64,000 bases of DNA. It comes from Cyanidioschyzon merolae (Eukaryota). Shown piece after piece: positions 22,225 through 31,984 of this stretch. The position numbers were made by a program, and so were the translations under genes. The DNA is taken from NCBI GenBank assembly GCA_000091205.1, contig AP006490.2; one strand, 5' to 3'. Position 1 is the first letter of the stretch; each line of letters opens with the position of its first letter. The notes beneath the pieces were generated by a model that was not told where the DNA came from, made no database searches, and saw only the letters and a list, made by a program, of their open reading frames with translations.

Positions 22225-23146
22225 GTCCTTCGATGCCGATCTCGAGTGATGGCTTGGTGATTTGACGTTCACGCTTTCGCGATGCGCTCATCGAACGGTG
22301 TGCACGAGACTTTGGCATTGTTTCACCGCCGTGGCGACAGCTGCATCGACACTTTGCAGTTCCAACTATATATGAAGTGTTACTCAATGGCTCGTGATCG
22401 CCGAATGGTTGTGCCTACATTGGTGTCGGCATGCAAGCAACCATGCATTTCCTGTGAATCGAGAGCATGCGAAGCCGTCCTGCGGGTACACCGAGCGGAT
22501 TGCACGATCGCCCGTGCGATTCCGAGGCCTTGGACGGGCCGTCCGCGAACCCGCAGCCTGATTCAGCATCGACATTCCGGAATGGTGTGGCCCGATGATA
22601 CGATCCCGTGATGAGCGAAACCTCGCGGACTGGACGCTTGGTATCAAGAACGCAACACGTGCCACCGCTAGTGCTACTGGTAATCCCGATGTGGCCGCAA
22701 TCACCACGGAGGCTTGCTGCAGAGACGCTCGTGCACCCTACAATTCGCAGTACTTCTGCCGCTACTTGTGCTGCTGCACTTGCATCGGTAACGAATCCCG
22801 GGAGCAATGCTTGCGCCCAAATGATTTCTAGGGATCTGAAATGGGTTCGACCGTACTCCATATCGAAGTTTTGTTCAATAAATGATGCGTTTGCTGGTCT
22901 GTTTCTTATCTTGCTAGAGTGCTTGTCATCGCTCATCGCTCAAAAGCACCTGTTACGAGCCGCTCCCTGGTTGTACCTGGATACCGCTGGATCACATCAG
23001 GATCGCGATGCAACACCAACAAGTCATCTGCGGTCGCCGGAAACGATCACCATCACGATGGATGCCGATGTCCATGGCGGGAGCGCAATGAAGCATGCTC
23101 CTTTAGAAACGGGTTTTTAAAACCCAATCACTGCCGGTATTACTTC

Positions 23147-24056
23147 TACTCAGTAGTATCGAAGCATGGAACACCGCAATGTTTGACCATTTGCCCAGGA
23201 AAATCGTTGTCTATGGAGGTGTGTATGGCGCTCCAGCCTTGATGCGTTGCAGACCCGTACCACACCAGTGCCTTTTCCTCCTCGCTACTGATTGTTTTCA
23301 TCGAAAGTGTGCGACTTTTCAGCGCAATGTCTACGGTGACTAGAAAGCGATTCCGTCGGATATTCGCGGCGTGCAAAGCCGCCGGACGCTGCGGCAGCAA
23401 GAGACATTTCCCGATCTCGGACGAGTCGCTCAAGTCTCTATTCGGAACTCGCCTGCAAGCGCTGGTGCTGGTGGAGTCATGCCCTAGCAAGCCTCTGACT
23501 TTCGATTGCCTCGCCATCTGGCGTGCAGTCAACTTGCCCTACACCGTCTCGTGTGTCCGGGTGTGTTTCACGCTCTGCGACTCTGCTAGGCTCACGGAGC
23601 GCTCTTGCTTGTGATGCGTTGATCTAGTGCGGGACGCATCGACGGGCGTCGTGCAGCATCGATTGCTGAACGCGTTGTACGCTGGCGTCGAATGAGCGGG
23701 AGTGCACCCTCTGGGAGCTGCGGTGCGTCGATTGCCGCAGACTACCACGAGACGAGGCGACGCATCGGTCATGACCTGGTCCAGTGGCTCGAGCGAGCAG
23801 GCGAAAGCACGTGTCGTGTATCCGTACAACCGAGACGATTGGCAATGCCGTCGCTGCCTCATGTACGCCAGCCAGGGATTGTCAATGGCAGCTATATCGA
23901 CGCTCTTGTGATCTCTGCGTGAAAGACGCATACGAAGCGTTCCAGCGTGTTTGCTACGGTGCTTCGAGCATCAGGATAGGTTCTGAGGCTGTCACTACAT
24001 TTCGTCGTATGCCTGCTTGCAACCATCATACCCGAATGCGGATTACACCGAGCGGT
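23147..24056 (+). repeat. dispersed repeat family R1, copy 1 (3'-truncated relative to copies 2 and 3)
   Basis: Starts tactcagtagtatcgaagcatggaacaccgcaatg. About 98-99% identical to 36869-37945 and 46001-47074; ORF-track peptides are identical bar 3-4 substitutions. Identity ends after ...caccgagcggtg. Confidence 0.85.
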
Positions 24057-26473
24057 GTGAAAAATCGGGCAGTACGATATTGTCTGTCCCGGGCATTCGT
24101 TGTGTTCCCGCATTCTGGCTTGATCGAAAAGGTTCTAAAGGAATCAGGACAGCTGGTAAGCTTGCCTCCGAACCTTGTACAAATACTTATTTAACGAGGA
24201 TCGTCAAGTCGAGGTAAGCTAAAAGTGTCTTCCTAGAATAAGAAGCTATGCGGTATTGAATCTAGTCCTGCATTTCCCTGTTTCTGGGTTGCTCCCCGTT
24301 GGCGTCTTCACTCAGAAAGGCCATGAAACAGTGTACAGACGGTTTATCCTTACACTCTCTGCTCGCCCTCTTTTCGCGGGAATTTCGCCTCCTTTGTCCG
24401 GTGCTTCTTTCTCGCTCTTCTTCTTCTGCTTTACGTGGCTGGGCAGCTCTGATGTGGCCGCTACGCTCCATGCTTGTTCCCTTACCTTGAGATGCAGACG
24501 CACTGGGTAGTCGATATGTCCGAAATTCGTTTCTTTTAAGTGTGTACTTACGATTCTTCTAGGTACTTTCGTCGCCTTCTCCATCGCGAGCACGTCCACG
24601 GACAGCAGCACGGCATGACGCTCCATCTCGCATTCGGGCAGTGTATCCCCAGACCAGTCCATTGCTGGTGAAGACAGATCGAGATTTGTCAAAGAGCGAC
24701 CGGGCACGCTTCGGTGTCCTTGATCCGAACGACTCTTGTTTGGATCCACAAGCGCAGAAATGGCATTTGAAAACAGAGGAAACGCCGTCGACTAGCTTCA
24801 ACCAGGGAGATTAGCACGACACAAACCGCAGGTCACGGCGAGATGAGGCGCATGCACCTTCGCCGCTTCTCTTTGATGGAACCTGACGTGGTCCAAGCAC
24901 AGGACAGAGGATAGCGGCTAGGAGAAGCTACGAACTGCTTCGACGAAGAGAGCGTTGCTGAACAGTCCTCCCTGTTCGGCAGTTTGTAGGAGACGACGCG
25001 ATAGCATCGTTGCTGGGGGTGATAGCGTCGGGGTGCTCGCTTGACGCGTCTTTACGAGCAGCGGATTTTCCGTCTTTGACCGCTTACATCCAGGTACACA
25101 GTGTCCTCCGTCTGCCTTCTCAACGAGTAAGACGAGTACCCCGTTCCTCTTGGTATATAGGTTCCCGTTGCGGTGCGAAAGCGATGGTGTGTGTTTTTCA
25201 AAGCGCGACGGTCACAAGTCGAAGCGTACTTTTTTCGTTCTCCATCTGTGGCTCGTTATCGCGGCTCGCATCAACGATTCGGAAACTTCGCGACGTGTGG
25301 CTTCTTTGATCGGAATTCCGAGAGAAACCATCGGGTGCAATGGATGAACTTGAAGACAGTCCTGTACGCAGACTTTGATCATGCCTATTTTGGGTGCACA
25401 ATGTTCGAAATACGGGCAATGAAAAGGGTGCACCATCCGTCTCCTGATCATAGAATAACTGACTTGTACCAGTTAGGTCGTCTTTCGCAGAACTATAGTG
25501 CCAGTACCATGCACTTCCCACTTATATCCCCAATATATAGGATGCATTCCGTTTGTTGAATACCAGCGAGATAAACAAATAAAAACAAGAATGGCCCGCC
25601 GGCACTGGTGCTCCAGAATTCCCTGTTATGCGTATGAAAAACTTGCACCGAATCGGTGCGAAAGCATTTGCGAACGTTGCTGGCGACGGGAGGTCCTCGA
25701 CCACTGCACACCGTGCGTTCGAGGTAGCTCCCGATTGTCCAGTGTTCCGCAATCCTATTGGCATTCGCTTTCTAGAACGCCGCTCCATTTCGTGCCACGG
25801 GACACGATGCGAGGTCCGGTGCCGAAGCTGGCCTGGCAGCGATAACTCCATCAAACAAATGCGAGCATGCAAGAGTTGCGAAGCGTCCACCATACAAACA
25901 GTCGTCCGCAGGTCCTGCGATAACATCGGGATCAAGGCATTCGGCGCCTGGAAACAGGCAATGCTGCCCCGTGCCAAATCTTGCGCATCATCTGTTATCA
26001 CTAGCATTTTCTCCACAGACAAAGCATTGGCAACTGCACCTGCGTTTCCCGGAGGCACACGCGCAAGGCCAGGAATGCACCTCAGCGCCCGCCATCGACA
26101 AGTTCCAGGTCTGAAAACTCCAAAAAAGCGCATCAGGAAACTGGGGTGTCCACTCGGACACTCTCCTATAGGCGAGCTTCTTGAAGTGCGCTCATGTCAC
26201 ATGCAATGTCACGCTTGAGGTACGCACACGCTTTTCCATTTCCCAACACCGAAACGCCGCCAGTCTGTTTGGAACCTGTTGCAGTGCCTGCTATGCTTCG
26301 ACACCCCTGAACCTGGTTCAGGTCGCGAGCCCTGCCCCAGGGTACGCACGGTGCTAGGCACTGCACCGCACCTGCCGTGTGCGGTATGCACGAGGCGGGT
26401 TCAGTCCAGTGGCGTTCGTACGTGCCCAGCTTCCAGAGTACCCATACTGCACCGTCCCTGGTCCTCTGAAAGG

Positions 26474-26755
26474 TCAACGTCGCGAGCCGTATACCGCTCG
26501 GTTTGCCGGAGAGCACGCCGGGTCGGTGCGCTGCACCCAAAAGGCCACCGCAGCCGCAAGTGTCACACTGGTGAACGCTGCGAAGCGGAAAGTTCGCCAT
26601 CGCTCCACCGGTTCGTAGCCGTGATAGAGTCGGGCCAACGACCAACCTGCGAGCAAACCGCAAAAACCAGTCCACAGGGCTGTTTGCCGAACAATGTCGT
26701 CGCAGCGTGTAGCCGCGGGTCGCATGAGCGGAGGTCGCTCCTCAGAGTTGTTCAT
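26474..26755 (-). CDS. small hypothetical membrane protein (two predicted TM helices)
   Basis: ORF 26474..26794 (GTG; first ATG codon 26753-26755), 94 aa. Two hydrophobic segments (ALWTGFCGLLAGWSLARLY; FAAFTSVTLAAAVAFWV). No homology recognised; could be spurious. Confidence 0.2.
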   Translation of the reverse strand: MNNSEERPPLMRPAATRCDDIVRQTALWTGFCGLLAGWSLARLYHGYEPVERWRTFRFAAFTSVTLAAAVAFWVQRTDPACSPANRAVYGSRR

Positions 26756-27976
26756 GGCTAGTCCCGGGAAACGAACGCGGATCACGACCGGCACCTGGAC
26801 GCAGGACAGAACTCGCGCGACAAGAACCAGGAAGAATCAGCGTAACAGAAAAGCGTCAAGTGGATGAACGTACGCAAACTCTAATGGACTCCGTCGACGG
26901 ACACAAGCAACTGTTCGAGCGCCCGTCTCTGAGGATATCGCATAGCCGAGTTTGTCTCCGCGGAGCATCCTGTGCTGCAACCAGCGTTTGGGAGCGGGCT
27001 CCGCACCCGAAGCGTCCCTGAAACGATCTTGCTCTTATAACGCTTGGAGCAATGGTGCACTAGGGATGAGGGTTCGCTGCAGCATACCCGGAGACACTGT
27101 CGTCGCTGTCCTGGTGTCCGCTCATCGAAGCACACCTAGGGTTTCAGGAACGATCCGTCGATCTTGTAGCTTGAAAAAACATGTGCTACGGGTGTGTTGC
27201 TAGGAGAGCTGGGCAGCGATTTACCCTTTGGGTGCTGCCCGGCATTTGGACACATGCCTCATGCGGTGCAGACTCGTCCAGGTTCTGCACAAGATGATTC
27301 CTGGTTGAGGTCTGTCGGAACTTGAGGGTTCCTGGCTCCTCACGAGGAGCTCACAACGCTGCCTCGACTCGCGTACGGCCGGTCGCAGAGGCGTGCTGCC
27401 CAGATGGGTCATTGTGTTCATCGTGCCGCCTGACACCACGAATATAACGTGCCGCAATCACCCCGTTTCCGGAATACTTTCCGGGCATCGAGTCGAGCAC
27501 GGTCAACGGCGCATCGACACACAGTTTACAGTCTGCTACGCAGCTGGTTACGGCAAAGCGCACTCTAAACTGCGTCCAACAAGCGGGAACAAAAGCTCAG
27601 TTTCCACGCTACCGGGCGCAGCGTCCGTCCCACGAATCCAGCGGTTTTGGGGTCTGAACAAAACGAGTACACCTCGTTTGAGCGCGTTCGTTCCGGTCGA
27701 GTCCGTAACGCTTCTGTGTATCCGTGACGTACCCGTAAGAGACCCGGCTGTTTGGATCAAAGAAAAGCTGCTGTTGCAGCTGCATCGAATGCTCACAGCG
27801 GTTCATCTGGCCCGGTACGCTTCCCGTACAGCCATGCCTGGTCTAACGACACGGTAAGTCGACGCGCGGACTTTTTGCACGGAAGCGCGCATTTCTCTCC
27901 GAGACACTTGCTTCTCAGCAAGTATCCCAGATCGGCGTATCCCCAGAGAGCTCGTTCTCAAGTTTGCGCAGACTCG

Positions 27977-29899
27977 CTACGCCACCTCAGCACCGAGCAC
28001 CCTCCGCCGGAGTAAGTGATACATTGTATAGAGGCCTTGTTCAGTGCCTCCCTCGGGGCGACCAGCAGATGACCCCACAGCGTATGCCATCAGGTCGAGG
28101 TGTATCCAGACTGGGGATCCGCGAGCGCTGCCGTCTGCTGCTTTGGCGGCGGGTGCCGTCTCCGGCGACTGCCGACTCGGGAGCGCCTCTCGACCAGTTT
28201 GCACAAACTCTGCAAGGTACAATGCTGCGAGAATCGCACCAGCATACGGACTATCACCGATATTCTGAATATCAGCTACTTTGCTGCGCAGCATTTTGCG
28301 GTAAGCACGATGCAGCGGCATGTGCCAAACTGGGTCACCGAGAAGCGATCCCAATTCCATCGCTTCTCTTGCGACTTGCTCGTCGGAGCAGAACAGTGCA
28401 GGCAGGTCGGTGCCAAGGGCAACACGTGCAGCACCCGTCAAGGTTGCAAAGTCAACAATGTACTGTGGATTCAGTTCCATCGCATAGGCGAGAGCATCCG
28501 CTAGAATGAGTCGACCCTCGGCGTCGGTGTTGCCAACCTCCGTGGTCATGCCGTTTCGTGCCGTCAGGATATCTCCCGGCCGAAGCGCATCCCCCGAAAT
28601 GGCATTCTCTACGGCGGGCAGTAGTACACAGAGCCGATGTCTCTCTGCCAGCTGCGGATCCGAACGCAGCAGGTTCGCCAGACCGAGAACATGTGCAGCA
28701 CCGCCCATGTCCTTCTTCATCAGCCGCATCGCCTGCGCGGGTTTGATGTCGAGGCCGCCACTATCAAAACATACGCCTTTGCCAATTAAAACGATAAGCG
28801 GCTTGGATGCATTCGGTGACGATGACGACGATGGTGGTGATCGTGATGGCGATCGGCCTTCCGGTAGCGGAAAATGCATCTCTACGAGACGCGGCGCATG
28901 ACGCGAGGCAGCCGCCCGACCCACGGCGTAGATCTGGGGAAAGTTCGCGGTGCGAAGTGCCTCTCCGATGATAGCACGACAGCTGCCTCCGTATCGATCA
29001 GCAAGTGCTCGTGCACAGGCCTCTAACGCGGCCGGGCCCAATTGCTCCGCCGGCGCATTAATCAGGTCCCGCACGAGGTAAGCGGCCTCTGCAAAGCTCT
29101 CCACCATCTTCGTCTCGTCCGACACCTGCCATTGAAGTTGACGCAAGGCCCGTGGTTCCCTTGTCTTGTAGGCGTCGAATGTGTAGGTACCAAGCGCCCA
29201 TGCTAGGGCGATGGCAGACGGCGGGAGTCCAGCGCAGCCACGTCGCAAAGCATACGCACCTGGAGGTATTCGAGATGGAATCGCTGCCAGAGGCCAAGGG
29301 ACCCGCAGCAAATCACTCGAACATACATAGTCCGTGCGTACGAGTACGCTCCATGGCGCCTGCGGTATCCCGGACCCGGAAGATGCCTCCTCAGCGCCCG
29401 CAGCCGACGATAGCGACGGTGACGGAATGCATTGGCAGAAGAGGTCCCCGGTATCCGTGTTTGCCACGGACGAGAGGGTTTCCACGGTGCGAAGCCATAC
29501 CTGTAGTCCTTCAGGCTGCTGTGCCAGCCAGGCATCAAAGCCTCGGCTGCTGAATAGGTCAATTGGCGTGGTACAGGTTGCAGAAGCCGCCGCACACCAG
29601 CTCTGGCGAAAGCGTCCGGCGTATGCCAGCACTCGTTGGCCCCAGGCTAGCAAGAGCTCTGGCGTGCTTTCGTCAGGGACATATTCACTGAAAGGAGTTC
29701 CCGCCTTGGCATAAATATGGAATAGTCTAACGTGTCTACTGTGGGAGAGCGAATGCCAGTTGGCGATGTAGCGAGTTCGAACGCGACCGCGTGCCCGCAA
29801 GTCTGGTACGTCCGCGCGGAAGCTGCCACAGTTCGACTGGAGAAACGCGTTCCGGCGTTCAGAACCTAGACAAGAAGCTGGACGTACCCACGCACGCAT
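27977..29899 (-). CDS. leucyl aminopeptidase, peptidase family M17
   Basis: ORF 27977..29902 (TTG; ATG codon 29897-29899). M17 signature NTDAEGRLILADALAYA plus GKGVCFDSGGLDIKPAQAMRLMKKDMGGAAHVLG. Long N-terminal region with a Ser/Pro-rich insertion. Confidence 0.85.
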   Translation of the reverse strand: MRAWVRPASCLGSERRNAFLQSNCGSFRADVPDLRARGRVRTRYIANWHSLSHSRHVRLFHIYAKAGTPFSEYVPDESTPELLLAWGQRVLAYAGRFRQSWCAAASATCTTPIDLFSSRGFDAWLAQQPEGLQVWLRTVETLSSVANTDTGDLFCQCIPSPSLSSAAGAEEASSGSGIPQAPWSVLVRTDYVCSSDLLRVPWPLAAIPSRIPPGAYALRRGCAGLPPSAIALAWALGTYTFDAYKTREPRALRQLQWQVSDETKMVESFAEAAYLVRDLINAPAEQLGPAALEACARALADRYGGSCRAIIGEALRTANFPQIYAVGRAAASRHAPRLVEMHFPLPEGRSPSRSPPSSSSSPNASKPLIVLIGKGVCFDSGGLDIKPAQAMRLMKKDMGGAAHVLGLANLLRSDPQLAERHRLCVLLPAVENAISGDALRPGDILTARNGMTTEVGNTDAEGRLILADALAYAMELNPQYIVDFATLTGAARVALGTDLPALFCSDEQVAREAMELGSLLGDPVWHMPLHRAYRKMLRSKVADIQNIGDSPYAGAILAALYLAEFVQTGREALPSRQSPETAPAAKAADGSARGSPVWIHLDLMAYAVGSSAGRPEGGTEQGLYTMYHLLRRRVLGAEVA

Positions 29900-31141
29900 C
29901 AAATCTTTCAGATGAGGCTACGGGTTCTTTGCAGGTACCACCGATACTTCTGTGCTGCGAACCGAGTTCGACGCGGACCCGAAAGACGTCGAAACGCCCT
30001 GCAGCGTCGACGGCATCGCGCCTCGGGCTGGGCATCCTCCCGGTGCCGACTTCTGGTGTTGGTGCGTAGCGGCGTTGTTCATCCTCGCAGTGCAAGGCAT
30101 GGGGCAGCAAGCATTTGTAGCAGCGCGCCGCCGTGCATGAACGTGCTGAAAAGTCGCGCTGCCTCGAGGTCGCGGCTTCAGCAAGGCCTCCAGCGTCACA
30201 CCATGTACTCAAGATGTGCTCGTCGTTGCGCTAATGAACGCAAGCTTTTGGAGCGATCGAACCTGTAGCCCCTGATGGGAATATGCATCTGGGCATCCCG
30301 AAGCATACAGGCGTCTAGAGCGGAACGATAGGACGCTTCTCAGCGTGCCGGTAGCGATGGGGTATCAACGGGATTCACGTTTGATGCATCGACCTTGTAC
30401 GATAAAGCTTTTGGTGTCGGTGTGTGCAGGTATGCGCTGTTGTAGAGGCTGCACATGCAATGCATGCATCCAGACCAAGAAAAACAATGCTGAAGAGCAT
30501 AGCTGTATCCTCGCGAGCGCTCGCAAGCAAGCGCGATATCGTCCCGGGTCATGCACCTGCGAAGATGCACTGGACTATGCAGCGCTGATCCGTTCAGGCC
30601 GTTCTAGAGTCCCGCAAGCGATACCGTTCACCCGCAAGAACGCGAAACACCGGTTTTTCCGAGTCGCATTGCATTCATCGACAAAAGCAGTCATACCACC
30701 AACGATTAGAACCGAGCCTGTGCTTCATGGATGCGACTTGAACCCATTCCTCAATCACAGTCGCTTGCATGCCCTCCAAGTACTGGAGCACAACATCCAG
30801 CACCCGTTGACCTGCCGTGCTATTCGAGAGCTTACGTCCAGAGTTTCCGAATGTTACACCGCAGTAGGAGTGCCCGTTAGAAAGCTGATCTCCATGAGGT
30901 TGCAACGAAGCTGCTCCGCGGAACGTGCGACGGCGGCACCGGGGTTCCCGGGCGCTCCGGAAGCCGCTGATGACAGGCGCTTCCCCCAGTGGACCCTGCG
31001 AAATGACCCTGAACTTGAGAGAGAAGTATGGTGCACGGCTCATAAAACCTAGAGCTAATGTTTAGAATGATGGACGCTCTCGCTATATGTCATCCATGAT
31101 AGCGCCAGCGATGATCTCCAATTCATCTGGACGATCTATCG

Positions 31142-31984
31142 ATGAGCAGGTCGCATGAGGCGACGATCCCCCCTGCTCGTGGATTCAGCAGCAGCAGCGG
31201 CGGCGGCCTGAAAACATCCACCCCCGCATCCCTGGAACTGCTCTACGCGGCTGCTGCGGCTTCTGATCCGTTCGAAGGTATCGCCAGTGCCATGTCGTTT
31301 ACGAAACACCTGCTCATGCACAACTGCGACGTATGGACGCCGGACTGGTATAATCCAACGCAAGATCCGCAGCTTGGGACGACTATCATGGCTGTGGAGT
31401 ACGACGGCGGGGTGGTGCTGGCCGCTGACTCTCGAACCTCCACCGGTACCTACGTAGCGAACCGTGTCTCCGATAAAATCACTGCCGTTGCACCGCCGTA
31501 CATCTACTGTGCTCGTTCAGGCTCTGCAGCTGATACGCAGATGCTCGCGGACACGGTGCGGCGGTACGTCACCGCGCTCGCCTTGGAGACGCAGCGCCCG
31601 GCCACCGTACGAACGGCAGCAGCACTCTTCCGTGAACTGATCTACCAGAATAAGAGCCGTTTAACTGCTGGTGTGATTTGCGCTGGCTGGGACCCCCTCA
31701 ACGGTGGACAGGTATACTCGATCACGCTGGGGGGAACGCTGGTCCGCCAGCCGTTCTCAATCGGGGGTAGCGGGAGCACCTACATCTACGGATACTGCGA
31801 TGCGTCCTATCGTAAAGGGATGAATCGGGAGGCATGCATTGCATTCTGCCAGCAGGCAGCATCGCTTGCCATGGCAAGAGATGGCAGCTCTGGTGGCGTC
31901 CTACGAATGGTATGCATTGAGGAGAGCGGTGCGCAGCGTCTCTTGTTTACGGAGGATCAGCTTCCGCGCGGTTGGCAGGGGTAA
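31142..31984 (+). CDS. PSMB6: 20S proteasome subunit beta type-1 (PSMB6/Pre3-like, catalytic Thr1 after propeptide)
   Basis: ATG at 31142. TTIMAVEYDGGVVLAADSRTSTGTYVANRVSDKITAV is near-identical in pattern to beta-1 subunits ([30 protein letters not shown]). Propeptide precedes the Thr. Confidence 0.9.
   Translation: MSRSHEATIPPARGFSSSSGGGLKTSTPASLELLYAAAAASDPFEGIASAMSFTKHLLMHNCDVWTPDWYNPTQDPQLGTTIMAVEYDGGVVLAADSRTSTGTYVANRVSDKITAVAPPYIYCARSGSAADTQMLADTVRRYVTALALETQRPATVRTAAALFRELIYQNKSRLTAGVICAGWDPLNGGQVYSITLGGTLVRQPFSIGGSGSTYIYGYCDASYRKGMNREACIAFCQQAASLAMARDGSSGGVLRMVCIEESGAQRLLFTEDQLPRGWQG

Noticed and set aside
25522-26218. Overlapping 203-aa (-) and 196-aa (+) ORFs, and the 145-aa ORF at 24312..24749 (-)
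   Set aside because: They are mutually exclusive and neither resembles a known fold; the composition is Arg/Cys/Ala-rich as expected from GC-rich non-coding sequence. Left uncalled.
30345-31052. 235-aa ORF between the aminopeptidase and proteasome genes
   Set aside because: It sits in the divergent promoter interval, has no in-frame ATG near its start that I trust, and is Cys/Arg-rich with no domain; probably non-coding.
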